Source: Sedimentisphaeraceae bacterium JB056 (GTDB lineage Bacteria > Planctomycetota > Phycisphaerae > Sedimentisphaerales > Sedimentisphaeraceae). From it: 64,000 nt of DNA. The DNA lies in contig JBITAJ010000008.1 of assembly GCA_044440125.1 (NCBI GenBank), positions 79,956-143,955 on the forward strand, written 5' to 3'. Made by a program: the position numbers and the translations under genes. Below the pieces are notes generated by a model, which saw nothing but the letters and a program-made list of their open reading frames with translations, was not told the origin of the DNA and did no database searches. Positions 31,441 to 41,802 of this stretch are shown here, one piece after another (the first letter of the stretch is position 1; every line of letters starts with the position of its first letter).

Positions 31441-32460
31441 TTAAAGCATAGGTACCATTTTTTCCATCAGGTCAACAGCACGGTTTGAGTAACCCCACTC
31501 GTTGTCGTACCAAGATACGATCTTAGCGAAGTTGCCGCCCATTACCATTGTGCTCATTGCATCGAAGATGCTTGAGTGTGGATCACCAACGATATCGCTT
31601 GATACGATTGGCTCATCACAGTAAGCAAGAACACCCTTCATTGGGCCTTCTGCAGCAGCCTTGATAGCAGCATTGATCTCTTCAACAGTTACGTCCTTCT
31701 CGAACTCAACTGAAAGGTCAACACATGAACCATCTATTACTGGTACGCGAAGTGCGAAACCATCAAGCTTGCCGTTAAGCTCTGGGATAACCTTACCTAC
31801 AGCAACAGCAGCGCCAGTTGTTGTTGGGATGATGTTGTCAGCAGCAGCACGTGCACGACGCATGTCAGAGTGAATCATGTCAGATACAACCTGATCATTT
31901 GTGTATGCGTGAACTGTTGTCATAAGACCTCTCTTGATACCGAATGCATCATTGAGAACCTTAGCAACAGGAGCAAGACAGTTTGTTGTACAACTTGCAT
32001 TTGAAGCTGTCTCAACATCTGCTGTAAGAGCTTCTTCGTTAACACCCATTACAACTGTAGCATCGATCTTGTCCTTAGAAGGTACTGAAAGAACAACCTT
32101 CTTAGCACCAGCCTTGATGTGATCGCCATAACCGCCCTTAGGACTTGACTTCTCACGGAAGATACCTGTTGACTCAAGAACGATATCAACACCCAGTTCG
32201 CCCCAAGGAAGCTCAGCAGGATTACGTACAGCAGTAACCTTGATGTCTTTGCCATCGATAACGAGGCCAGAATCACTTACACCTACTGTACCGCCCCACT
32301 TACCCATAACGGTGTCATACTTGAACAGGTGAGCAAGAGCTTTAGGATCTGCAAGGTCGTTGATAGCTACTAATTCAAGCTCGCCAGCTCTTTCGAGGAT
32401 AACGCGAGCAACCGCTCTACCGATACGGCCAAAACCGTTAATTGCAACCTTTGTTGCCAT
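31441..32460 (-). CDS. gap: Glyceraldehyde-3-phosphate dehydrogenase (type I)
   Basis: [30 protein letters not shown]. Confidence 0.99.
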   Translation of the reverse strand: MATKVAINGFGRIGRAVARVILERAGELELVAINDLADPKALAHLFKYDTVMGKWGGTVGVSDSGLVIDGKDIKVTAVRNPAELPWGELGVDIVLESTGIFREKSSPKGGYGDHIKAGAKKVVLSVPSKDKIDATVVMGVNEEALTADVETASNASCTTNCLAPVAKVLNDAFGIKRGLMTTVHAYTNDQVVSDMIHSDMRRARAAADNIIPTTTGAAVAVGKVIPELNGKLDGFALRVPVIDGSCVDLSVEFEKDVTVEEINAAIKAAAEGPMKGVLAYCDEPIVSSDIVGDPHSSIFDAMSTMVMGGNFAKIVSWYDNEWGYSNRAVDLMEKMVPML

Positions 32461-32674
32461 AGTTTTAATCTCCTATATATTAATATTAATACTCAAATAC
32501 ATACTCATAGCGATCATTATAGATTCTGAACGCAAACGCCGGAAATTTTAAGGGTTTCGAGCTTTATTGTCAAGTTTTAATAATGAGAAATATGTTATTT
32601 TGAGCACAAACCTAATACTTATTGTTCTATTTTTGAACAATAAGCTGCGATTGCATAACAAACGTCCGCTGATA

Positions 32675-32902
32675 CTATCGCAAGAACTTGCTGATTATCC
32701 AGAAAATCAATGTCAGCACTATCGATATTACTATTGATGTACCGATAGGGAAAAACACTTTCCAGTTCTTACCGCCAAAGGAAATGTCACCCGGGAGATT
32801 GAAAAGATTAAACTTACCGCCAATAACAATAACGATACCTATCACAATTAGAAATATCCCAGTTATTATTAATACTTTTCCTATTTGTGAAAATTCGCTC
32901 AT
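32675..32902 (-). CDS. DUF2905 family small membrane protein
   Basis: GK.LI..G, LPGDI, FFPI.TSI.IS..LT. Confidence 0.85.
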   Translation of the reverse strand: MSEFSQIGKVLIITGIFLIVIGIVIVIGGKFNLFNLPGDISFGGKNWKVFFPIGTSIVISIVLTLIFWIISKFLR

Positions 32903-32932
32903 AGTATAAAACCATTGAAAGTCATCAGTTTT

Positions 32933-35900
32933 TTATTGCTGAACTTCAGAAAATGAAAGTGTGCATTCCTGCGAAACCTTCATCATATAACCCAAGCCGG
33001 GCTTCATTTCAGACATCATCCCATACCATTGGCCGTCCCAATATGTTAGATTCTTACCGAACTGATTAGTTATGTAATTATTGTTATTAGCCGGGAAATT
33101 ATCCATAACAGTAGAGAAGGCTGCATTTTCACACAATGTATAACCTAACCAGTTCCAACCTGCTACAAGATGAATTTGAGTTGCCGGATCCACCGGTTGA
33201 CCAGAAACTGTCAAAATATCGCTATTTGCTGTTTTGAGCTTATACATCAATCCAGGCTCTAATAACTGCAGGGTACCATACCACTGTCCTTGATAATAGG
33301 TAGCATTAAGTCCATTTGCGGAAAGTATTTTATCCTGATCAGCTATAGATTCCAATTCAGCAAAAACATTTCCAAGAGTTGCCTCATCTGGCAGCACGCT
33401 AAAGGAAATCCAATTCCATCCGGAAACAAGAGATATTTGAAGATAACTGATATCTTCGCCTGACAAAGAGAAGCCCTCAGGATTAGAAAGAGAACCGACA
33501 CTCGTACCACTCTCAAAACTGAAGCTACCTCCTACCTCGTATATTTCGCCGTCAGCTCCATCATATAGCTTGAGCACCATCCCATCTTCTATGGTATTAT
33601 CATTATAGACGCTTAATATGAACAACTTGCCATTAACCCCATCTACAACTTCTGCAACCCCAGCAATGTTTCCCGAAGAATCCCATACAGAGAGCAAGCT
33701 GCCAATATCCGTACCTATCTGATTCCCTGACGAATAAATCTGAGCATAAACCGTCATGGAATTCAATAACCCTTGAGGACTCTGCCAATCAGGTTTACTG
33801 TCTTTCTCGGTATATAAAGCAGTTACTGTTAAATCACTTGTTACATTATCAAATACGGTATCCCATCCAATAAATTCCCATCCACTGTCCTCTAATATAG
33901 TCGGAGCAGTTGCACTGCTGCCCTCTTCAATTTGCTGAACAGTCTGGCCTGAAATTATTTCGCCATGATCACCAGTAGCAAAGGTTACAACATAATACGG
34001 TGTATTATCTACGTTAATTGTAACCGTATACGTATCAGTTTTGCCTCCGTAAACAGCCTGAACAACAACCTCCTGATCATATGTATCGCTGCCTGCAGTA
34101 AGTTTACCGTTACTATTTATGCTTGCATATGCGATACCGCTTATGATTGACCACGTAGGTATTACTGTTAGGGTAGTGCTGTCACTATAAGTAGCCTTAC
34201 AGGTATAAGTTGCTGAAGCCCCCTCATTCACAGAAGATGAGCCTGCTATTGAAATATATTCTAAAGTCACGGGAATATCCGTAATAATAAGAGCATGAGT
34301 ATCCGTTTTAGTTACACCTCCACTGGTATAACTTGCTGTGATTGTGACATTTTTATCTGAATTAACACTTAATGTCGTAAGTGTACCTGCACTACTAATT
34401 GAAGCATAAATACTATTATCTGTCCATTGAGGGTTAATTATAGCACTTGTACCATTGCTGTAGAACGCCTTGCAAGTATATTGTGCAAATGAATTTTCTT
34501 GAACACTTGACGATCCACTTACTTCTATACGCGTTAAGGTAGGAATTGAATATTCTGCAATATAAACTTCACCACCTTGGGGTATCCAATTGTATGCAGT
34601 GTTAATAGTTATATTTTTATTCATTGAGTACAATTTCCCATTTTTTAACCAGCGGTTAAATAGATACTTGCTTGAATTTTCGTAAGGAGCTTCTATCGTC
34701 ACAGAACTCTTTGCCACAAAATAAAAATCACTTCCATTTGTACCTGTAGTAAAATCCTGTCCATTCCCCAAATTATCTTTTCGCCCTAATGAAAAATATG
34801 CAGTTCCACAATTTGTCTTAACGGTTATTCTCCTGTTAGCTAAGCCCAGAAGCCCCGCATTATAGCGGACGGCCAAAGGGTATCCATACTTGCCATAGTA
34901 TAAATGCAAATCATCTACCATTGGGTCACCATTAGGATATTTATTAGGATAGCACTTTCTATTGTAGCTCCCCGAAGAATCCTTTCCAAGCTCCCGAGTA
35001 TCAAACCAGAACCTCCCTGTTATTCGAACTCCGTTGTCGTCATCATCACTACCCCCAACCCTTATAGAGCTATCCTGCTTGCCATTTGCCCAATTTCTGC
35101 CGCAGGAACCCCAATCATCAATATCAGACCAACTCATCCATCGGAAAACATACCCCTTGCGATCAGTGATTTCGTAATAGTTATCTGTCCAACCATCAAT
35201 ATACTTTATATTCCCATTGAACATAGTATGCAAAATATTGATTTTAGACCCAACGTAACCATCAATAAAGTCAGTACCTGTTGTATAAAAAGATGTAGCT
35301 GAACCCCTGCTTGAACTTCCAAATTTAACTTCACCCCAAAACGTTGAGCGAAAATATGTTATCCAAGCCAAAACATCAATCCATCCCCGCACATCATCAT
35401 TGTTCTTCTCTGGACAACTGGTAGCAAAACGATATTTAAGCCGTTCTTGAGTAAATGAATCCAGTTTTGCCATAGACTCTTCCGGCAAAGGTGAACTGCT
35501 GTGTAACGGACCTCCAATACTATTTAGCACATCCCGTAATTTAGAATCAGATGTTTCCCAGTAGCTTTCAAACTTGCACCCAAAGGTTAAATGCTGTACA
35601 GCAAAAACATGCAAAGGTGATGACATATCTTGAAGTATATGAGAGACTCTACCTAAATAATGCCATCCATCACCATTCTCTTCAAATGCATCAACCATAC
35701 TACCCCACCTTGCTTGTGACTCTTTCAATGCGGTTGTACCAAAGGGAAAAGAACCACCGTCTATTGGACGATATGCATGATCCAAAGGTCGTGATGAACT
35801 ATCTTCATCAGCCGATCCTTCTTTCATTTTTATTTTCTGTGTGCCTGTAAAACCAAGCGGTGGTAGAAGACTACCTGCTTTGTTTATTGAATACTCCATA

Positions 35901-36967
35901 AGAGTCTGATGCGTTGGTGTCGAAGCATGACGGGCAATAATTTTCACGTCATTAGTTGACATAACATTATCATCTAACGACACCATTGGCGAACAATTCT
36001 GAGCAATTAGGAATGCACTGGCACGTTCACCGATTTCATCATCTCTTCCACTAACTTGCTTTACATGCCTCTTTCCTTCAGAACCACATTCTTTTAGAGT
36101 AGTTTTGATAATCCATGGTATAGTTCGGTGTTCAGCTTTCTCAAGTGCCTTTTTTAGAATACTTAATTTATCCAACTGAGTTTGATTACGAATTTTTCGT
36201 TTGAGTAATGAGATCTGGGCAACACTTCTAACTGACTCATTAAAATCATTCGTTGCCATTGAGCTTAAAGCCAGAGTAATATCTTCACCTTCCAATACCG
36301 CCAATGCCCCACAAGCATCCTGTCGGACAATGTAATCTTGGTGATTCAGTGAGGTTAGCAGAAACTGAATATTTACAGGTTCTCCAAATTCAGCTAATGC
36401 TCTACATGCAAACAATCGAATGCGAGGATTTTCATTTTCAACAAATCCCCTAATAACTGGAGAGGCTTCTTCATAACCAATTCTTGCTAATGCTGAGATA
36501 GCTACTAATTGTATGGATTGAGGACAATTCGAATCACAAAGTATAGACAGTATTTCTGCCCCCACATTTGCATTACCAATTTCACCCAAAGCATATAACG
36601 CTCCCTGCCGAGAAAGCCAATGCTCCTTTGTGTCTGCCGCAATCGCAATTAATTCAGTAGAAACTTCAGGCCAAGAGCTATATTGTATAAATTTAATCAG
36701 AGATATTTTTTCCCAGACACTTCCTGTTTTAAGTTTTTTTTGTATGTAAGGCAAAGCCTCATTTTTACGCAGAGCCAATAGTTGGAAAGATTCTTGGAGT
36801 TCAATACCACCTGAACTCTCTGTTATTGATTGTATAATAGTCTCTACAGGCAAAGATTGACCAGAAAGAAGACAATGAGGCTGTTCAGTAGAAAACACCA
36901 AATCCCACTGATTAAAAATCAAAAACATCACACATACCATCCATTTAGGATTCCCCATCACTTTCAT
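32933..36967 (-). CDS. Large secreted multidomain protein: HEAT repeats, Zn-dependent phospholipase C/S1-P1-like domain, Ig-like repeats, InlB-B-like repeat, GWNW repeats
   Basis: ALYALGEIG/ALARIG/RALAEFG repeats; TH...DE...H...YLGRVSHILQDMSSPLH; two SG.SSV.E...YTC.A.Y repeats; GWEFIGW; LVSGWNWISF and LVAGWNWLGY; ATG at 36967 follows GGAG. Confidence 0.65.
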   Translation of the reverse strand: MKVMGNPKWMVCVMFLIFNQWDLVFSTEQPHCLLSGQSLPVETIIQSITESSGGIELQESFQLLALRKNEALPYIQKKLKTGSVWEKISLIKFIQYSSWPEVSTELIAIAADTKEHWLSRQGALYALGEIGNANVGAEILSILCDSNCPQSIQLVAISALARIGYEEASPVIRGFVENENPRIRLFACRALAEFGEPVNIQFLLTSLNHQDYIVRQDACGALAVLEGEDITLALSSMATNDFNESVRSVAQISLLKRKIRNQTQLDKLSILKKALEKAEHRTIPWIIKTTLKECGSEGKRHVKQVSGRDDEIGERASAFLIAQNCSPMVSLDDNVMSTNDVKIIARHASTPTHQTLMEYSINKAGSLLPPLGFTGTQKIKMKEGSADEDSSSRPLDHAYRPIDGGSFPFGTTALKESQARWGSMVDAFEENGDGWHYLGRVSHILQDMSSPLHVFAVQHLTFGCKFESYWETSDSKLRDVLNSIGGPLHSSSPLPEESMAKLDSFTQERLKYRFATSCPEKNNDDVRGWIDVLAWITYFRSTFWGEVKFGSSSRGSATSFYTTGTDFIDGYVGSKINILHTMFNGNIKYIDGWTDNYYEITDRKGYVFRWMSWSDIDDWGSCGRNWANGKQDSSIRVGGSDDDDNGVRITGRFWFDTRELGKDSSGSYNRKCYPNKYPNGDPMVDDLHLYYGKYGYPLAVRYNAGLLGLANRRITVKTNCGTAYFSLGRKDNLGNGQDFTTGTNGSDFYFVAKSSVTIEAPYENSSKYLFNRWLKNGKLYSMNKNITINTAYNWIPQGGEVYIAEYSIPTLTRIEVSGSSSVQENSFAQYTCKAFYSNGTSAIINPQWTDNSIYASISSAGTLTTLSVNSDKNVTITASYTSGGVTKTDTHALIITDIPVTLEYISIAGSSSVNEGASATYTCKATYSDSTTLTVIPTWSIISGIAYASINSNGKLTAGSDTYDQEVVVQAVYGGKTDTYTVTINVDNTPYYVVTFATGDHGEIISGQTVQQIEEGSSATAPTILEDSGWEFIGWDTVFDNVTSDLTVTALYTEKDSKPDWQSPQGLLNSMTVYAQIYSSGNQIGTDIGSLLSVWDSSGNIAGVAEVVDGVNGKLFILSVYNDNTIEDGMVLKLYDGADGEIYEVGGSFSFESGTSVGSLSNPEGFSLSGEDISYLQISLVSGWNWISFSVLPDEATLGNVFAELESIADQDKILSANGLNATYYQGQWYGTLQLLEPGLMYKLKTANSDILTVSGQPVDPATQIHLVAGWNWLGYTLCENAAFSTVMDNFPANNNNYITNQFGKNLTYWDGQWYGMMSEMKPGLGYMMKVSQECTLSFSEVQQ

Positions 36968-37160
36968 CTTACATTCTCCAAAACAGCATTTCAAGCATAA
37001 AAATTAGCTTAAATTATATAAACAACACTAATTTGATATAAAATTCATATACAACTATATCATTAAATCTACACAAAACAAATCTAAACGCAAGCTTGTT
37101 TTACGTAAAATACAAAAAGCTAACACCAAGCCCTATAAAACAATACATCTACATAGACGA

Positions 37161-37985
37161 TTACATATAGTTAATCATTGCGGCTAAGATGTTGTGATAT
37201 GCGTGGGTTGCGGCTACTACTCCAAAACCTCTGATGCCGAAAAGAGCAGCGAGATAAACACCTGCGATGAATCTAAAGATGAATGGTACCACACTGAATG
37301 GCTCACCGGAATGAAAGGAACCGTTTAAGAAGTAAACATGGTGATGTGCACTGAAAAGCAATGCCGATATCACTATTGCGAAGCAATTGGCACGCAACTC
37401 CGGCATGCCGAGAAATTTCCTCATGAAAAGTACAAGCACCATGATCACATAGAGCCTGAAGAACAGCTCCTCGTATATACCTGCACCAATACCTGCAATG
37501 ACACTAACAAAAAACTGCTGAGTATTTTCCGTAGAAGCCAACAGAGATGCCTGAGGTATAGCCGGAACAGCAGCATGGTCGCTGGCTGACACCATATTAT
37601 TTATCCAGAAACTGAAAGCTATCAGCGGTATTGACCACCCAATACATTCAAGCGTCATAGGGAAAAAATCGCGTATTCGAACCTTGGGCTCCGTATTTGA
37701 AGCAAGCTGCCATACAATCAAAGTAGCCATTACGACTACCGGTGCACCAACCCAGGCACCCTGACCGTTGAATCCAAGTTTAATAAGTGTGTTGTAAACC
37801 CACGCAAATGCGACAACAACGCCTGGAACTTCGCCTAAGGGACGAGAGAAAACCTCCGAATCAATCGCAAAAAGGCCGAGTTCATAAACAACAACAAAGA
37901 AGAGCAGGTAATAAAATGCATATATAGGTTTTGATGTTCTCTCAAAGTATGTCTCAAAAGTGTCTACTGATGTCTTTTTACCCAA
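37161..37985 (-). CDS. CPBP (CAAX/Rce1-like) intramembrane metalloprotease
   Basis: YEELFFR, LFSAHH, HAYHN. Confidence 0.9.
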   Translation of the reverse strand: MGKKTSVDTFETYFERTSKPIYAFYYLLFFVVVYELGLFAIDSEVFSRPLGEVPGVVVAFAWVYNTLIKLGFNGQGAWVGAPVVVMATLIVWQLASNTEPKVRIRDFFPMTLECIGWSIPLIAFSFWINNMVSASDHAAVPAIPQASLLASTENTQQFFVSVIAGIGAGIYEELFFRLYVIMVLVLFMRKFLGMPELRANCFAIVISALLFSAHHHVYFLNGSFHSGEPFSVVPFIFRFIAGVYLAALFGIRGFGVVAATHAYHNILAAMINYM

Positions 37986-38023
37986 AATGCTCCACCTTTA
38001 GCGAAAAAATTCTTCCCTGAAGA

Positions 38024-38794
38024 TTATTTTTGCGGTTTAACGTCTCCCATTCGACGTGATCGTGACGAATAATCAACTATCGCCTTCTCAAGCTCGTCTA
38101 CAGTGAAGTCCGGCCACAGTGTTTTTGTCAGGTAGAATTCAGAATAGGATACTTGCCATAGCAAGAAATTGCTTATTCTCAGCTCATTGGATGTCCTGAT
38201 CACCAGGTCGGGGTCGGGGATTCCTGCCGTATAAATTCGATCGGCAATAGAATCCATATCAATGTCATCAATCGACATTTCCCCGGTTTTGACTTTCTCA
38301 GCTATCAGCTTAACCGCATCAACAATCTCTTCACGGCCGCCATAATTCAATGCAAGAGCCATATACATGCCGGTATTCGACGATGTCATTTCAATAGTCT
38401 TGTCCATCTCAAACAAAAGAGTATCCGGCAAGCCATCACGGCGTCCAAGATGCTTGAGTCTTATGTTGTTCGACATCATAAGTTCACGCATCGAAACAAG
38501 ATAACGCGTAAAAAGATGCATCAGAAAGTCTACTTCCATAACCGGTCTTTTCCAGTTCTGGAGGCTAAAAGAATACAACGACAGACATTCTATTCCAAGA
38601 TCATTGGCACCAAGAACGATATCCTCAACATTCTTACCGCCCTCTCTGTGGCCGATAAAACGAGGCATCATGCGTTTTTTTGCCCATCGCCCATTACCAT
38701 CCATAACAATACCAATGTGTCTGGGTACCTTGTCGACGGGTATTCTGAGCCTTTGAGCAGTTTCAATCCTCTTCTGTTCCTGCGATTGAGGCAT
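38024..38794 (-). CDS. uppS: Undecaprenyl diphosphate synthase
   Basis: HIGIVMDGNGRWA, FS.QNWKRP, NYGGR.EI, DL.IRTS.E.RISNFLLWQ. Confidence 0.97.
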   Translation of the reverse strand: MPQSQEQKRIETAQRLRIPVDKVPRHIGIVMDGNGRWAKKRMMPRFIGHREGGKNVEDIVLGANDLGIECLSLYSFSLQNWKRPVMEVDFLMHLFTRYLVSMRELMMSNNIRLKHLGRRDGLPDTLLFEMDKTIEMTSSNTGMYMALALNYGGREEIVDAVKLIAEKVKTGEMSIDDIDMDSIADRIYTAGIPDPDLVIRTSNELRISNFLLWQVSYSEFYLTKTLWPDFTVDELEKAIVDYSSRSRRMGDVKPQK

Positions 38795-38847
38795 AAAAAT
38801 TTCCTACAATTTCGTTAAGCTGCTTTGAAGCAGGGATTAGGTCTAAA

Positions 38848-40128
38848 TTATAAGCTTCTGAAAATTGTCTGATCTCTCTTTGGACCAACACCAATTATAG
38901 TTACAGGCACTCCCGTAACGCGTTCGACCGTCTTGATATAAGCTTTGGCATTATCAGGCAACTGGTCATAATCGGTTACATTTTCAAGATTCTCATCCCA
39001 TCCAGGCACAGTCTCGTATACACATTCTACTCTTTCCAGAGTAGCTGCATCACATGGGAAGAAGTCTGTTTCAACACCATCAACGATATAAGACTTGCAA
39101 ACTTTAAGCTCTTTCATGCCGGCAAGAGTGTCGAGATGCATCATAGCAAGCTCGTTTATACCACCAATCGTGGCTGAATATTTCACTACAACACCATCAA
39201 ACCAACCACATCTTCGTGGACGCCCCGTGGTAGTTCCATATTCATTACCCTTATCCCTGATAAGCTGTCCAATTTCATTATCCTGCTCTGTAGGGAATGG
39301 GCCGGCTCCAACTCTTGTAGTATAAGACTTTATGACTCCAATGAACGACTCAACATTCTTCGTAGGTACGCCGCAACCGGCTGCCATACCAAGCGCAGAA
39401 GCGTTTGAGCTTGTAACAAATGGGAAAGTACCGTGATCAAGATCCAGAAGAGCACCCTGAGCTCCTTCAAAAAGCAGGCTCTTGCCTTCTTTAATTGAAT
39501 CATGCAGTTTTTTTGTTGTGTTGGTTATATACTTGCAGAGCTTGTCGGCATAAACTTTACAAGATTCAAAAACCTCATCAACGCTTATCGGATCAGCATC
39601 ATAAAGTGCGGCGAATATCTTATTCTTATATGCCACAATCTTTTGGAGCTTCGTATAAAGGCCATCGAGATCGCGGAAATCAGCCATACGGACAGCAAAA
39701 CTGCGTCCGATTTTATCTGAATAACATGGGCCTATGCCCCTGTTGGTTGTACCAATCTTATTCTTACCAAGTGACGCCTCACGCAATCCATCCTCAAGCT
39801 TATGATACGAGAGCACAGTATGTGCATTTTCACTGATATAAAGCCTGTCATCTAATGAAATGCCTTGTTCTGCAAGGTTTTCCATTTCCTGAATAAATAT
39901 TTCAGGATCCATAACGACACCATTGCCGATAACGCAAGCAACGCCTTTTCTTACAGCTCCGCTGGGCATAAGATGCAAAGCAAACTTAGTATTGCCAACA
40001 ACTACAGTATGCCCGGCATTGGCACCGCCAGCAAAACGTACAACGACATCACTTTTGTCGGCAAGTATATCAACTACTTTGCCTTTTCCTTCGTCACCCC
40101 ACTGGAGACCAGTAACACAACAGTTCAT
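38848..40128 (-). CDS. purA: Adenylosuccinate synthetase
   Basis: QWGDEGKGK, GG.NAGHT, EGAQG, TTRVG.GPFPT, TGRPRRCGW. Confidence 0.99.
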   Translation of the reverse strand: MNCCVTGLQWGDEGKGKVVDILADKSDVVVRFAGGANAGHTVVVGNTKFALHLMPSGAVRKGVACVIGNGVVMDPEIFIQEMENLAEQGISLDDRLYISENAHTVLSYHKLEDGLREASLGKNKIGTTNRGIGPCYSDKIGRSFAVRMADFRDLDGLYTKLQKIVAYKNKIFAALYDADPISVDEVFESCKVYADKLCKYITNTTKKLHDSIKEGKSLLFEGAQGALLDLDHGTFPFVTSSNASALGMAAGCGVPTKNVESFIGVIKSYTTRVGAGPFPTEQDNEIGQLIRDKGNEYGTTTGRPRRCGWFDGVVVKYSATIGGINELAMMHLDTLAGMKELKVCKSYIVDGVETDFFPCDAATLERVECVYETVPGWDENLENVTDYDQLPDNAKAYIKTVERVTGVPVTIIGVGPKRDQTIFRSL

Positions 40129-40221
40129 AATTTATAAATTTCCTGTATTTATTATAGCTTAAAAATCACGGCACCTGCTCAGATGCGCAAAGACTATATC
40201 ATAATCTTTCGGCCTGATAAT

Positions 40222-40680
40222 TCAACTTATTTTTGATATCAAATGTTTAAGCAGTTTCTCAAGGTCATCCCAGGTCTTTTTAGAAAGCGTAACGCTCTTT
40301 TCCTGGCCATTTTCCATATACTTAAAACTAAACTTCCCATTTTCATCAAAAGCAGTATGGTCAATCTCTTCTATGTTATCGTAAGGCACTTTTTTACCGT
40401 TACTTAGCACAAGCACATCGTCGTCAGCAGTAAGCTGCATTCTCCTGCGTTTTACAAAAGCTCCGGCAAATCCAAAGGTAGCAATAACGCCAAAATAAGG
40501 AAATTTCTGAGAGAAAATAAGTGTATGATCAGCCTTACCGTCAGCCTTTGTATGCTTATCAATGAATTTTTGATTATGGTAGCCATCATAAACACACCAT
40601 ATACTCAAGACAATAAGCACACCAATTGCAATTTTGATATTTCCCAGCCTATAGCTACTATATTTTGCCACGATATTCAT
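40222..40680 (-). CDS. Hypothetical 2-TM membrane protein
   Basis: Two hydrophobic helices plus a soluble C-terminus; co-oriented with purA; AGGA RBS. Confidence 0.7.
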   Translation of the reverse strand: MNIVAKYSSYRLGNIKIAIGVLIVLSIWCVYDGYHNQKFIDKHTKADGKADHTLIFSQKFPYFGVIATFGFAGAFVKRRRMQLTADDDVLVLSNGKKVPYDNIEEIDHTAFDENGKFSFKYMENGQEKSVTLSKKTWDDLEKLLKHLISKIS

Positions 40681-41099
40681 TTCATAATCCTGTTAGTCTA
40701 ATCAAACTAAATTATCTAAGCTCAAAACGACAAGGCAGTTGCTGCAAATTCAGCATAAAGCCAAACCTTAACTGTCTTTACAGCATCATCCTGCGGTATC
40801 ATAGCAAAAAACAGTCTTATATCAACTAAATAATGGCTTATAAGTCTTTTATTAAGCTACAGCAATTTATGTAAAATTACAATATATTAGCATTCAAACA
40901 AGAAATATCCGGCAGACAAATTCTGTATTTAATCGCTAACTAATTGCTATTCTTGATATTACAATAAACAGTAAGTTAATCCCTTACTCCAAATCAGGAC
41001 TTTCTTTATAGAAAATATTAATTTTATACTTATCATAAGAATCGTGTAGACGTGGATTTCGGTAACATAAACATAAGATACATTTATTGAAATTAAAAA

Positions 41100-41792
41100 A
41101 TGACAGACTTAATCAAAAGAGTTGTTTTCTTTATTATACTTACTGCAGTACTATTGCTTATTTTCAACAGTACTGATATAGATGAAAAAATGACTTTGTC
41201 AAATATACAGGATAACGCCTCAAACCTTAAACAAATCATCGATCAAAACTATCTTATTTCAGTCATCTTGTTCATTACAGGGTATGTAATGATTAATTTA
41301 TGCATGCCTGTGGCTGGCATATGTACATTGCTCGCCGGCTTCTTATTCGGGACCATAAGAGGAGCCATTTATGTTGAGATAGCAGCAACAATAGGCGCTC
41401 TATGCGGTTTTTACCTAAGCAGGTATTTTTGCGGATACTGGATTCAAAGAAAATGGGGCAATAACTTGTCAAGCTTCAATAAAGAGCTTGCTATCTACGG
41501 ACATTATTTCCTTGTATTTATAAGGATGATCCCCCTAATACCTTATATTCTTGTGAATTTTCTCGTCGGCCTCACAAAAATTAAGGCCACGACATTTATT
41601 TGGACAACCGCGGTGGGATCATTGCCGGGAATTTTAATATTCAGTTATGCCGGACGACAACTTTTGACTATAAGAAACATCGATGATGTATTGACTCCAA
41701 AGATACTTATCACTATTTGCCTTCTGGTCTTTTTTGCCTTTTCAATAGTTTTGGGCAAGATATATATAGACAAGAAAATAACTGCTTCTTAA
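41100..41792 (+). CDS. TVP38/TMEM64 (VTT/DedA superfamily) membrane protein
   Basis: L.AGFLFG...G, A..GA...F..SR, R.IP.IP...VN...GLT, T..G.LPG. Confidence 0.9.
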   Translation: MTDLIKRVVFFIILTAVLLLIFNSTDIDEKMTLSNIQDNASNLKQIIDQNYLISVILFITGYVMINLCMPVAGICTLLAGFLFGTIRGAIYVEIAATIGALCGFYLSRYFCGYWIQRKWGNNLSSFNKELAIYGHYFLVFIRMIPLIPYILVNFLVGLTKIKATTFIWTTAVGSLPGILIFSYAGRQLLTIRNIDDVLTPKILITICLLVFFAFSIVLGKIYIDKKITAS

Positions 41793-41802
41793 GTTTAGTG
41801 CA

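Noticed and set aside
40850..40877. dif-like site (TTATGTAAAAT resembles an XerD arm)
   Set aside because: No XerC-type left arm at the 6-bp spacing, and the context is AT-rich
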